Below are positions 50,711-60,801 of a DNA stretch of 64,000 nt, piece by piece (positions within the stretch are counted from its first letter, which is position 1; each line of letters begins with the position of its first letter). A program made the translations under genes and the position numbers. This stretch comes from an uncultured delta proteobacterium (lineage in GTDB: Bacteria; Myxococcota; Kuafuiibacteriia; Kuafuiibacteriales; Kuafuiibacteriaceae). The stretch covers positions 1,952,001 to 2,016,000 of the forward strand of contig CAWDML010000001.1 in NCBI GenBank assembly GCA_963803435.1, written 5' to 3'. A model generated the notes under the pieces. That model searched no databases, was not told where the DNA came from, and saw only the letters and a program-made list of their open reading frames with translations.

Positions 50711-51616
50711 TCAGGTGGACAGCTTGCGGGGCTCAGAGCCGCCGCCGTCCGATTCGGGCGCCAGATCCACGAGATTGAGGAGGATCAGCACGGCCACCAG
50801 CCGCGTGGTGGCGAGCGGTGGGAGCGGGCTCGCCTGCGAGGCCACACCGAGCGAGTCGCGGCCGTCGCAGCGCTCCACGAAGGACTGCTCGACGGGCGTC
50901 AACCCGAGCTGCTCCAAGACGTCGTAGGCGTGGGAGCGCAGCTTGACCTTGCGATTGACCCACGGCGCGACGATCGCGTCCACGCGCGCCTGGTCGTACG
51001 AGCGCTCCAGTCCCTCGCGGACCAGCGCCGGGACGGAGTAGGCGAACTTCACCTTGGGATCGCGACCTGGACCGAAGCGCGCCCGCATGCGCACCGCGCC
51101 GAAGCAGGTCAGGACGGTGTCGCAGCAGTGGAGGAGCAGGTGCTCGTAGACCGATTGGGCGCCGAGCAGCCCCGACTCCACCAGCACCTCGGCGAAGCGG
51201 ATCGGGTCGACGCGCCCGGTGCGCCCGCAGGCGTTGAACGCCCGCTGGAGCTCGGCGTCGGTCAGGCGTCCGAGCCGGACCAGCATGCGACCGAAGAACT
51301 GCTCGGGATCGGTACAGTCGGCATAGACCGGATTGCCCGAGTCGAGGAAGACCGAGGTGATGCCGCGCTCCGACTGCACACGAAGAATGCCGGTGCGGCG
51401 ATCGTGCCAGCAATCGATCAGGATGCCCGCGAATCCTTCGGCGCCCTCCGGCTCGAGATCGATGTAGTGATCGACGAAGGCTCGACGGATGCTCTCGCGC
51501 GCCGCTTCGGACTCCTGGATCGTGGTGGCTTCGAAGGGATCGTGGTCCGGCCCTTTCGCTCCATCGAGGAGACCGTCGACGAGATGGGAGAACGGTCCCG
51601 AGCCGGCTGAGACCAC
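50711..51616 (-). CDS. DUF4388-like protein with degenerate MshEN-like motifs
   Basis: RRTG.L.V......V.L..G.PV.A then FGRMLVRLGRLT..EL..A and RFAEVLVESGLL. Confidence 0.65.
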   Translation of the reverse strand: MVSAGSGPFSHLVDGLLDGAKGPDHDPFEATTIQESEAARESIRRAFVDHYIDLEPEGAEGFAGILIDCWHDRRTGILRVQSERGITSVFLDSGNPVYADCTDPEQFFGRMLVRLGRLTDAELQRAFNACGRTGRVDPIRFAEVLVESGLLGAQSVYEHLLLHCCDTVLTCFGAVRMRARFGPGRDPKVKFAYSVPALVREGLERSYDQARVDAIVAPWVNRKVKLRSHAYDVLEQLGLTPVEQSFVERCDGRDSLGVASQASPLPPLATTRLVAVLILLNLVDLAPESDGGGSEPRKLST

Positions 51617-51619
51617 CGT

Positions 51620-52531
51620 TCAGTCAGTGACCGGGTTCGCCGACATGTGACGACGCCTCGCCGAAAGGCGGATGCCCTGCTCGGGTGTGACCGCAGGCGC
51701 CCATCCGATCCACGCGCGCAAGCGACCGATCGCCACCTGGTCGTGGCACATCTCGTCGGGTCGCGACGGGCGCCCGCCGAAGCGAATGCGCTCGGGCGGA
51801 ATGCCTAGGACTTCGATCGCAGCCTCGATGAACGCGCGCACCGAGACCAGGCGTCCAGTGGCCACGTTCACGACCTCCCCGTGGGAGACACGCCCCGAGG
51901 CCGCGAGCGCCAGCAGCGCCCGCGCAGCCTCTTCGACATAGGTGAAGTCGCGGCGCTGCTCGCCGGCGGTGAAGTCGAGGGGCGTGGCAGAGCGCGCCGC
52001 GGCGAACAGCGAGGGCAGCAGGCGTCCGTCGTGCTCGCCCGGACCGTAGACCGTGAAGAGACGCGCGGTCACCGCCTGCAGGCGGGCTTGCACGGCGTAG
52101 CTTTGCAGGCGCTCGGTGCCCTCGAGCTTGGTCCGGCCGTACAGCGTCGTGGGGTTGGGGATCGAGGTCTCGAACAGATCGCCGCCGATGGTCCCGTACT
52201 CGAGGGCCGAGCCGATGTGGATCAGCCGTTGCCCCGGACCCAGACGGCGCGCGATCGCCTCCGGGAGCTCGGCGTTGATGCGCCGGGCCAGCGCCTCGTC
52301 GCGCTCGCTGCGGTCGACGCCGTACCCGATCGCGTTGAACACGACGGTCGGTCGAACGTCGCCGAGGAGGGCCTCGAGCGCGCCGCTCTCCAGCGCATCG
52401 AAGCGGCGCACGTCGCCGGTGAGCACCTCCGGAGCGCGCGCGGCCTGCACCACCGGGGCGCCCGCGTCGGTGAGCAGGCGCGCCAGCCAGCGCCCGATGA
52501 ACCCGGACGCGCCCAGCACCAGGTGGGTCAC
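51620..52531 (-). CDS. NAD-dependent nucleotide-sugar reductase/epimerase
   Basis: LVLGASGFIG, GS.LEYG, YG.TK, RLFTVYGPGE, RDFTYV. Confidence 0.85.
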   Translation of the reverse strand: MTHLVLGASGFIGRWLARLLTDAGAPVVQAARAPEVLTGDVRRFDALESGALEALLGDVRPTVVFNAIGYGVDRSERDEALARRINAELPEAIARRLGPGQRLIHIGSALEYGTIGGDLFETSIPNPTTLYGRTKLEGTERLQSYAVQARLQAVTARLFTVYGPGEHDGRLLPSLFAAARSATPLDFTAGEQRRDFTYVEEAARALLALAASGRVSHGEVVNVATGRLVSVRAFIEAAIEVLGIPPERIRFGGRPSRPDEMCHDQVAIGRLRAWIGWAPAVTPEQGIRLSARRRHMSANPVTD

Positions 52532-54534
52532 GGAGGCGCCTCCAGCGCGGCCTCGACCTGCTCGATCCCGTGGAGCGGACCGGCGCGGAGCTCGAAGCCG
52601 CGGCCGGTCACCGAGGGTCCGTCCACCAGGTAGACCGGGCGATCCGGATAGGCCTCCACCGCCATTCGTCTCAGCTCGGGCTGGTCCTGATCCCAAGCGT
52701 ACAGCGGTACCGGATCATCGAAGTCGATCGGGTTGTACGTGACGGCGGAGGCGTAGTCGGGGTGACGGTTCCCGCGCACGATCACCAGGCTCCTCCCGAA
52801 GTGATGCGCCTCCGCCAGCTCGCGGATGTCGGGCCGCATCAAGCGATAGTGGTGATACTTGTCGACGGCACGCCAGGGGAAATAGCTGACCAGGCATGAG
52901 AGCGAGAGCGCCAGCACCGCGAGGAGCGCGCGCTTTTTTCCTTCGCCGTCGAGCTCGGCGCTCAGGATCTCGAGACCGCGTACGGAGAGCACGATCCCGG
53001 GGAGGAAGACGAGGAACCAGTAGCGCGCGCCGAAGTCGGGGCCGCCCGAGAACCAGTAGAACGAGTGGAGAAAGACGATCGTGAAGGCGCCGAAGACGAA
53101 GCCCCAGTCGGCCCGCCTGAGCCGCCTCGAGAGGAGCGCGAGGGCGACCAGGAGGAGCGAGCCGACGGCCCAGCCGTGCAGCTCGCAGTTGATCTGGAAG
53201 AGGTTGAGGTTGGCGTTCACCAGCACGTCGCGCAGGCCGTGGCCGGGGAAGGGATCGAGCCCGCTCCAGCCGAGACCTCGGTTCGGTCCGAAGCCGAGCG
53301 CGTTGCTGTCCTTGCCGTACATCTTGTCCGTGTACAGCATGATGGGAAACTTGAACGCATCACCGGTCAGGGCGCGGTTGTAGGGGAGCTGCAGCGCGCC
53401 GACCATCGCGGCGCTGGCTGCCATGGCGAGCGCGTTCTTGATCTTTTGACCGAGCGTGCCGAACCAGAGCGACCAAAGGCCGAGCGTGGCGGCGCAGGCG
53501 ACCCCCTCGAGCGGACGGATCAGACTGACCACGCCGACGAAGGCACCGGTGAGCAGCGCCCAGCGGAGCTGCTGCGTCCGCCTCAACCTCACCAGGCCGT
53601 AGCCCGCCAGCAATGCCGAGACGAGCGTGAGCGTGTGGGTCATGAAGCTCATCGCCAGGAACACGTACCAGGGTGAGGTCGCGATCAGGACAGCGGCCAG
53701 GCGGGCGTTCTTCTCGCCGTAGAGATCGCGCACGATCGCGTGCGCGAGCAGGACGCCCAGCCCTCCCAGGATCGGATTCACCAACCACTCGACGTGAAAG
53801 AAGGCGCCGATCGCGAGCACCGCGGGCCAGCCGATGGGCACCGGGCAGTACCAGACGCCGCGGTCGTACATCATCAGATCGACGTTGAACGCCGGGGCGG
53901 CCGCCGGGAGCGGCATCGTCAGCATGCCCTTGGCCAGGTAGCGCGCGTGGTAGAGGTAGACGACCTCGTCGGGGATGTGCGGGTGACGCTGGTACGAGAA
54001 CCAGCAGAGCGTCGCCGCCAGCACGAACACGAAGAGCGCCGCGAGCTGCGGTAGGCGCTCGAAGCGAGCCTCGGCCTGGGGGAGCAGCGACCTCGGCACG
54101 CTCTTCACCGCCAGCACCAGGGCGCCCAGGTGGACCAGCTGCAGCAGCGCCGCGGCGACGAGCTCGATCCCGTACTCGAGCGGGTCGGCCGAGAGCGTGG
54201 CGCTGGTGACGAAGAAGACGAGCCCGACGCCGAGCAGCTGCCAGCCAGTGAACACCTCGAGCAGCCGTCGCGCCGCCGCCGACAGCTCGCGGAGCCTCGC
54301 GAGCACGACGGCCGCCTCCACCACGACAATCATCAGGATGGCCGGGTGATCGAGCGCGTGCAGGTGCTGATAGCCGACCTTGTTACCGCAGCGGATCAGC
54401 TGGAGCGTGGCGCCCTGTCCGAGAAGGAACAGCGCTCCGTAGAGCGCGAGCCGCCGGGCCCCACGCCGCCACGCCCACGCGGCGAGCAGCAGCGCGAAGA
54501 GCGCCGTCACCGGGAGGACCGCCAGCGTCTTCAT
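52528..54534 (-). CDS. GT-C glycosyltransferase
   Basis: PH.PDE..Y...A, P.GWP..LA, S.M.H, IRP, FG.RY; multi-TM. Confidence 0.8.
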   Translation of the reverse strand: MKTLAVLPVTALFALLLAAWAWRRGARRLALYGALFLLGQGATLQLIRCGNKVGYQHLHALDHPAILMIVVVEAAVVLARLRELSAAARRLLEVFTGWQLLGVGLVFFVTSATLSADPLEYGIELVAAALLQLVHLGALVLAVKSVPRSLLPQAEARFERLPQLAALFVFVLAATLCWFSYQRHPHIPDEVVYLYHARYLAKGMLTMPLPAAAPAFNVDLMMYDRGVWYCPVPIGWPAVLAIGAFFHVEWLVNPILGGLGVLLAHAIVRDLYGEKNARLAAVLIATSPWYVFLAMSFMTHTLTLVSALLAGYGLVRLRRTQQLRWALLTGAFVGVVSLIRPLEGVACAATLGLWSLWFGTLGQKIKNALAMAASAAMVGALQLPYNRALTGDAFKFPIMLYTDKMYGKDSNALGFGPNRGLGWSGLDPFPGHGLRDVLVNANLNLFQINCELHGWAVGSLLLVALALLSRRLRRADWGFVFGAFTIVFLHSFYWFSGGPDFGARYWFLVFLPGIVLSVRGLEILSAELDGEGKKRALLAVLALSLSCLVSYFPWRAVDKYHHYRLMRPDIRELAEAHHFGRSLVIVRGNRHPDYASAVTYNPIDFDDPVPLYAWDQDQPELRRMAVEAYPDRPVYLVDGPSVTGRGFELRAGPLHGIEQVEAALEAPP

Positions 54535-55274
54535 CGCCCGTGATGGTTCTCGAACCAACCCCGCAGGTCGGCGCCCCACTTGAAGCGGGCGAGCTTGGTC
54601 AGGAACGTCACGATGGTGGTGGGCTTGACGTGGGAGACACCGCTCTCGCGCATCCGGGAGAAGGCGTTCATCTCGATCACCGGTACACCCAGGTGGCGGA
54701 CCTTGATCATGATCTCCGGATCGAGGAGCCAGTCCTTCGAGATCAGCTCGAGCTCTTCCAGGATCGCGCGCGGGAGCACCTTCGGGCTGCCGTTGACGTC
54801 GAGCGTCCCCAGCCCGGGCCAGAACGCGAGCATCATCAAGTTGTAGATGACCGACACCACCCAGCGATCGGGGCCGTCGAGACGGAAGCGGCGCCGCACC
54901 TTGCCGAGCACCGGCCCCTGGGCGCGGCTGACCGACTCGTAGACCTTCACCACGTCCTCGGCGTCGACCTGGCCGTCGGCCGGGATGATGCCGACGTACG
55001 GGGCACGGCAGCGCTTGATCGCGTCGAGGACGCCGAACCCGTAGCCCTGGTTGACCTCCACGCGGTGCGGGACCACCGGCAGGCCCTCAGCGGCGAACCT
55101 CCGGATGATGTCGCCGGTCCGATCGGTGGAGCCGTTGTCGCAAGCCACCAGCTCGAGACGATAGCCGGCCTGCGCGAACGCCTTCACCAGCCTCGGGATG
55201 GTGTACCCGATGACCGCCTCCTCGTTGTAGCAAGGCATGATGAAGGAGATGTGAGGCAGCTCAGCGGTGCTCAT
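54531..55274 (-). CDS. GT2 glycosyltransferase (DPM1-like)
   Basis: MPCYNEE, DNGSTD.T, N.GYG, ADGQ, DVNG.PK. Confidence 0.9.
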   Translation of the reverse strand: MSTAELPHISFIMPCYNEEAVIGYTIPRLVKAFAQAGYRLELVACDNGSTDRTGDIIRRFAAEGLPVVPHRVEVNQGYGFGVLDAIKRCRAPYVGIIPADGQVDAEDVVKVYESVSRAQGPVLGKVRRRFRLDGPDRWVVSVIYNLMMLAFWPGLGTLDVNGSPKVLPRAILEELELISKDWLLDPEIMIKVRHLGVPVIEMNAFSRMRESGVSHVKPTTIVTFLTKLARFKWGADLRGWFENHHGR

Positions 55275-55280
55275 GACGCC

Positions 55281-57288
55281 TCACTCGAACGTACGCCGCA
55301 GATCGCGGGCGAACAGGGTCCGGGTGAACTTGCCGAGGCCCGCGGGGTGCTCGCCGAACGTGTCGACCTTGCTGGCGATCAAGCGTTTGGTCTCGGGTTT
55401 GACGAAGCCGCGGTACCTTCGCGACGCGTCGAAGCGGTAATCGGACAGCGGCGCTCGGTAGCCCTCGGACGCCCAGCGCTGGATGTCCCACGGCGTCTCG
55501 AACGCGACCTCGCGCTCCATCGTCTCCTTGAACGGAGTGTGCAGGATGACCTGATGGAGGAACTCGAAGACGGTCCGGAGCTGCTCCGGATCGTACGTGC
55601 CTTGGGGGAGCTCGCCGCGGATCACGTCCTCCAGGAACTCGAGCCCCTCGTGGGCGGTGTAGAAGCGGCCCAGCATCGAATACTTGCTGAGGAGGTTGCC
55701 GCCCACCGTGCCGTCGACCAGCGCGGCGTAGTTCTGGCGCGCCCACTCGAGGCAGCCGTCGCGGGTATCGAACAGCTCGCTCTGGCTCTCCTCGACGAAG
55801 TCGTCGATGACCTTGCGGAACGCCGGGGGCGCCTAGTCCAGCGCCGCTTGCAGCCCGCGGTGCAGCGGAAACGGACCGAGCCCTGCCTGCTGGGCCAGCT
55901 GGAAGGCCTCCTCGATAGTTGCCCTCGTAATAAAAGATCGTGAGCAGCAGGTGGAAGACGCGGATCTCGAGGTACTTCTCGAAGGAGAAGGTCGGCGTCT
56001 GCACCACCATCTCCTCGACCTCGATGACCGGGTCGCCGGTGTAGTCGCCGATGTTGCGCGCAATGACGCGCCACTTGGTCTCGAGCCCGAAGCGCTGGCG
56101 GCTCTCGGGGTTCGACAGCTCCGCGCCGTGCAGCAGCATCAGCTGGTGCGCCGAAATCCGCTGGGCGCCGGCGTCGAGGAACTTCTCGATGGCGTCGAGG
56201 AAGGTCTCCGGCGTCTCGCCCGGAAGGCAGAGGATCAGCTCGCCGTAGGACTGCATCCCTTGGGCGTGGAGCTCGTCCTGGAGCTGCTGGTACGTGTCCA
56301 ATTTGATGTTGGAGCGCTTGATGTTGACCAGTACCTGAGGATTCATCGACTGCACGGCCGAGGTCATCGGCAGCGCGCCCTTCACCTTCCGCATCACCCT
56401 GATGATGCGCTCGCCGTTGTTCTTGCCGGTGGTGGTTCGGATGTAGCGCGGCCAGCCGTAGTGGTCCTGGAGCCAGCCGAGATAGTCGGCGATCGATTCG
56501 TCCCGCAGGTACATGCCGAAGTTGTCGTCGGCGAAGCAGAGCGTGGTCTCGGGCTTCAATCGCTCGGCGAGGTGGAGGAGGTCCGCCTTCACGTTCTCGA
56601 TCGAGTGGGCGTAGACACGGCTGTTCTGCTTCACCCCGGAGTTGCAGAAGGTGCAAGAGAACGGGCAGCCTCGGGTGATCTGCAGCATCGGGAAGTATCC
56701 CGTCGCGTAGAACGGCTCCATGAGACCGCCGAGATACGGGGACGGGATCTCGTCGAGGTCGGTGATCCGATCGACCGGCCCACCCACCACCAGCTCGCCG
56801 CACCTGCGATCGATCCAGGTGTTGCCGGGAAGCGGGCTCTCCAGCGTGCCCTCGATGCTGAGGTTCGACTCGAGGAGGCGCTCGATCAGGCTCTTGAAGG
56901 CGCGCTCGCCCTCGTAGGTGGGGCCGTCGACGTAGACGTCGATCATCGGCTTGTCGCGGAGGAACTGTGCCTGCACCGGTCGCGTGAGCGGCCAGTTGGG
57001 ACCGCCCATGACGGTGAGCGTGGCCGGCCGCTTCGCCTTGGTGTAGCGGGCGAACGTGTAGGCGAGCTCCTCGTTCCAGGTGTAGTTCGAGAGACCGAGG
57101 ACGTCGGGGACGGTGCGATCGAGCGCCGCTTTGAGATCCTGCGGCTCGCGGAACAGCCGCACGTCGAGGGCACCCCTGGTCACGTACGCGCCGAGGTAGC
57201 TGGCCATGTTTGCTGCGCCCAGCGGATAAACGTCGGAGCTCTTCGTCAGGAGATTGTGGCCGAGATCGGCGATGAAGATCTGCGTCAT
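55281..57288 (-). CDS. Cobalamin-binding radical SAM protein; frameshift near 55915 and in-frame TAG at 55833-55835
   Basis: YPLG...ASY, GLSNYTWN, MGGPN, RGCPFSCTFC, DDNFG, LPGET; C-terminus continues in the next frame. Confidence 0.85.
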
Positions 57289-58277
57289 GAGAGCTTGTGG
57301 GAGGCCAAACAATACGCGTAGGTCGCCGCGCTGTACATCAGGTGGACCTGGTGAAACAGCCAGGCGGCGGTCCCGAATACAGGCCCGCGCGCGCGGGTGA
57401 AGAACGCGATCATGTCGCGCTGGATCAGGGCCGAGATCGCCACGGGCAAGAGCGCCGCCGGGAGGGCGAGCCACTGGCCCGTGAGCGCCAGGACCGGCGA
57501 GATCGCGACGCCGCCCACCGCGAACGGTGCGAGCGCGGCGGAGATCCGCTGCGACCATCGCAGGTTCAAATCGTTCGGCATCTCACCTGTCTCGAGGATC
57601 AGCTTCGACCACGGCATGGCCCGCGACTTGATGTCGGTCTCGATCACCGAGCGCAGGGTCCATCGCTTCAGATGCGTGACGTGGAGCGCGCGATCCAGGC
57701 GCGTGCGCCCGTGCTTCCTCAGTCGGAGCCCCAGCTCGATGTCCTCGATCATCGGCATCGGGAAGCGGGCCGCATCGAAGCCCTCGATCCTCTCGTAGAC
57801 GTCCCGGAGGACCGCCCCACAGCCGGCCCAGAAGGTCGCATCCTCGGTGTTCGCCTTCTGGTGGATGAAGTGGTGGCGAAGGTTCATGTACTGCGAGAAG
57901 AAGTTGGGCTCGGGCGGCGTGTCGTCGTACGAGCCGGTGAGGCTGACCATGTCGGGGTGCTCGGCGAACGAGCGCCGGACCCGCTCGACCACGTCGGGGT
58001 GGGCGACGCAGTCCGAGTCGATGAAGAGCACCACGTCCTCGTCGGCCTGCTTCACCCCAACGTTGCGCGCGTGCGCGGGGCCGGCGCGGTGCGGCAACCG
58101 GATCACCTGGGCGCCGAGCGCCTCGGCGACCTCGGCGGTATCGTCCGTCGAGCCGGGATCGACGACGATCACCCGCCCGCCCTGCGCCGCCTCGATCGCA
58201 GCGGTCAGCGTCTTCGGGAGCAGGTGTGCCGCGTTGTACGCCGGCATGACGATCGCGACCGATGGGAGCCCATCCAT
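57285..58277 (-). CDS. GT2 glycosyltransferase with C-terminal membrane region
   Basis: MPAYN, GPA.ARN.G, FIDSD, GFD, EDIELG.RL. Confidence 0.9.
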   Translation of the reverse strand: MDGLPSVAIVMPAYNAAHLLPKTLTAAIEAAQGGRVIVVDPGSTDDTAEVAEALGAQVIRLPHRAGPAHARNVGVKQADEDVVLFIDSDCVAHPDVVERVRRSFAEHPDMVSLTGSYDDTPPEPNFFSQYMNLRHHFIHQKANTEDATFWAGCGAVLRDVYERIEGFDAARFPMPMIEDIELGLRLRKHGRTRLDRALHVTHLKRWTLRSVIETDIKSRAMPWSKLILETGEMPNDLNLRWSQRISAALAPFAVGGVAISPVLALTGQWLALPAALLPVAISALIQRDMIAFFTRARGPVFGTAAWLFHQVHLMYSAATYAYCLASHKLS

Positions 58278-58304
58278 CGCGAACTCAATACTGGTCCTCG
58301 GAGC

Positions 58305-59585
58305 TCAGAACAAGCAGGAGCAATTTCCGAAGATACACTGCCGATTCGGGTCGCTGCACATCTGGCCGGTGATCGTGCTGCACGTCTCATGGCACAGGCC
58401 GGTGGCATCGACGCAGCGGGCCCCCGCGGGGCACTGGGTGTCGTCCGTACAGCCGCCGCAGAGCCCGTTCATCGTCCCCTGACAGCGATGACTGGCGTCG
58501 CAGACACCGCCGTTGCACTCGCTGTTGTCGCGGCACCCGACCTCGCACATCGGGGGGCTCATGGCCGTGTTGCACCAGAAGCCGCCCTGGCAGTCGGTGT
58601 CGCCGGTGCATGCGCTCGAGACGCACTGGCCGCTGCCCGGATCGCAGGTCTGGCCGGCCGTGCAGAGCGCAGGGGTGTTGTTGCAGTTCTTGGCGACGCA
58701 GACGTTGTTGACGCACGTCTGGGTGCTCGCGTTGCACTCGCCGCCGCCGGGAGTACAGGGGCTCCCGTTGACGCACTTGCCGTTCGACTCGCTTCCGGGC
58801 GCGAGGTCGCAGACCAGGCCGTCGTTCTGACACTGCGTGTCCGAGGTACAGTTGGGCGCGGGGAGACAGCGCTTCGGCGGCGTGTTGATCGAGCAGAACA
58901 TCCCCACGTAGGCCCCGTTCATCTTGCAATCTTCGTCGCTCTGGCACTCGTCCTGCCGCAGGCGACAGGTGCCGGGTGGTGTCTGCGGGATGTCGCACTT
59001 GCACACGCCGCCGGCGCACCCGGGCTGGTCGTTGCAGTCGTTGTCCGCGAAGCAGCCGTCACCGCCGAAGCACTCGCCGGTGGCGCCGTTGCATTCGGGC
59101 GCGGACACCGGGCAGTCGGCCGGTGAGAGACAGCGCGCCGGTGGAGGGCAGCACGAGTTGTTCTTGCAGACGTTGTCCGTGCCGCACTCGCTCCGATCGG
59201 TGCAGCTCCCAGAGCAGGCGTTGGTGCCGGCGTCCGGCGAGCCCCCGACCATCACGCAGGTGAAGTCGAACTGGCAGGTGTAGTTGGCCGGACACTCACC
59301 GGCGTGCATCCCGTCGCACTCGACACAGTAGAAGCGGTTCGAGTGGCAGACCTTTCCGTCGTCGGCGCACTCGTCGTCCGTCTGACAGGAGCGGACCTGC
59401 TGGCAGATCCCGGCGACGCAGATCCCTTGACCGCCGCAGTCGGTGGTCGTGCTGCAGAGGATGGTCTCCGTGCCGGCGTCGTTCTTGGGGACGAACGGGA
59501 CACCGCCCTGGCCGCGGCATCCCGATCCGGCGAGCGCGGCGGCCCACAGCAACATGAACAGGCTGGATGATCGGGCGGGACCCAT
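58305..59585 (-). CDS. Cys-rich repeat lipoprotein
   Basis: Lipobox GSGC; many C.xD.xC....C...C repeats; start uncertain. Confidence 0.8.
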   Translation of the reverse strand: MGPARSSSLFMLLWAAALAGSGCRGQGGVPFVPKNDAGTETILCSTTTDCGGQGICVAGICQQVRSCQTDDECADDGKVCHSNRFYCVECDGMHAGECPANYTCQFDFTCVMVGGSPDAGTNACSGSCTDRSECGTDNVCKNNSCCPPPARCLSPADCPVSAPECNGATGECFGGDGCFADNDCNDQPGCAGGVCKCDIPQTPPGTCRLRQDECQSDEDCKMNGAYVGMFCSINTPPKRCLPAPNCTSDTQCQNDGLVCDLAPGSESNGKCVNGSPCTPGGGECNASTQTCVNNVCVAKNCNNTPALCTAGQTCDPGSGQCVSSACTGDTDCQGGFWCNTAMSPPMCEVGCRDNSECNGGVCDASHRCQGTMNGLCGGCTDDTQCPAGARCVDATGLCHETCSTITGQMCSDPNRQCIFGNCSCLF

Positions 59586-59681
59586 CGTGGTGGGCGGGAC
59601 TTTGGCCAACCCTCGAGCCCCGGTCATCCGGAAAGCGTCCGAGCGCACCGCTCCCACCGGGGTTACCTTGGTTACATTCGC

Positions 59682-60290
59682 TCACTCCTCGCGGGCGAGC
59701 GCCAGCACGAAGACCGCCCGCGCGCCGGCGCTCTGGAGCGCGTGGACCGCCGCCTCGGCCGTCGCACCGGTCGTCACCACGTCGTCGATCAGAACCACGG
59801 CGCGCCGATCGCACCGATCGGCACCTGGGCGAAAGGCCCCGATCAAGTTCTCGCGGCGCTCCTTCCGCCCGAGGCCCACCTGCGGCCGCTCGACGGTCCG
59901 CACCAGCGCGCGCGGGAGCACCGGGAGGCCGAGGTGCCGCGCCAGCTCCTGCGCATGGTTGTAGCCGCGGCGGATCGTACGGCGCGGCGTCGAGGGCACC
60001 GGCACCGCCGCCTCGACGTCGAGCGATGTCAACCCAGCTTGCATCAGCCGGCCGAGCGGACGCGCCAGCTCGGGACGATCGCGATACTTGAGCCGATGGA
60101 TCGCGTCCGCGATCGGACCGCCGAAGGCGAAGAGCGCCCGCGCTCCGAGCGCGCCCGGGATCGCGAAGGGTGCGGCCGGGAGGAGCGCCTCTCCGCAGAT
60201 CTCGCAGAACGGCTCCGCGCCCGCACGACCGCAGGCGGCGCACGACGGCGGGTAAACGGCTTCGAGCAGTCGAGAGAGGAGCGTGCTCAT
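59682..60290 (-). CDS. comF: ComF family phosphoribosyltransferase-like protein
   Basis: P..C..C......C..C, LKY, RRGYNHA, LIDDVVTTGAT. Confidence 0.88.
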   Translation of the reverse strand: MSTLLSRLLEAVYPPSCAACGRAGAEPFCEICGEALLPAAPFAIPGALGARALFAFGGPIADAIHRLKYRDRPELARPLGRLMQAGLTSLDVEAAVPVPSTPRRTIRRGYNHAQELARHLGLPVLPRALVRTVERPQVGLGRKERRENLIGAFRPGADRCDRRAVVLIDDVVTTGATAEAAVHALQSAGARAVFVLALAREE

Positions 60291-60757
60291 TTGTGATAGG
60301 GCTCGCCGCGGAGGATCGTACACGCGCGGTAGAGCTGCTCCGCCAGGATGAGCCTCGCGATCCGATGGGGCAACGTCATCTGGGACAGCGACCAACGCTC
60401 GCCCGCGGAGCGAAGGAAATCCGCGTCGAGGCCCGACGGACCGCCCACCACGAACGCGATCGACGGGACGGCGCGGGCGATGAGCGCCTCGAGGCGCTTT
60501 GCCACCTCCAGCGAGCCGAGCTGCTTCCCCCGCTCGTCGAGCAGAACCACATGCTCGCCGTCCCGCAGGGTTTTCTGAATTCGTTCCGCCTCCGCCCGTT
60601 TTACCTGATCGACGGGGGTGCTCTTCTTCAGCGGCTCCTCCTTCACCTCCACGACCTCGATCGGAAAGTACCGCCGGATCCGCGCCACATAGTCGTCGGC
60701 GCACTGAACGATCGGATCGTTCTTGTCCCGGCCCACGACGATGATCCGAAGCTTCAC
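60287..60757 (-). CDS. rlmH: 23S rRNA pseudouridine-1915 N3-methyltransferase
   Basis: LDERGK, F.VGG..G, SLS.MTLPH..AR.IL.EQLYRA..I..G.PYHK. Confidence 0.96.
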   Translation of the reverse strand: MKLRIIVVGRDKNDPIVQCADDYVARIRRYFPIEVVEVKEEPLKKSTPVDQVKRAEAERIQKTLRDGEHVVLLDERGKQLGSLEVAKRLEALIARAVPSIAFVVGGPSGLDADFLRSAGERWSLSQMTLPHRIARLILAEQLYRACTILRGEPYHK

Positions 60758-60801
60758 GCGTGAAGATTACTTCACGGCCCTTTTTTGCCTATGCTCCCCC
60801 C

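Noticed and set aside
55833-55835. In-frame TAG as pyrrolysine or recoding
   Set aside because: Other genes here end in TAG, no pyl genes are present, and an indel ~80 bp away indicates a low-quality patch
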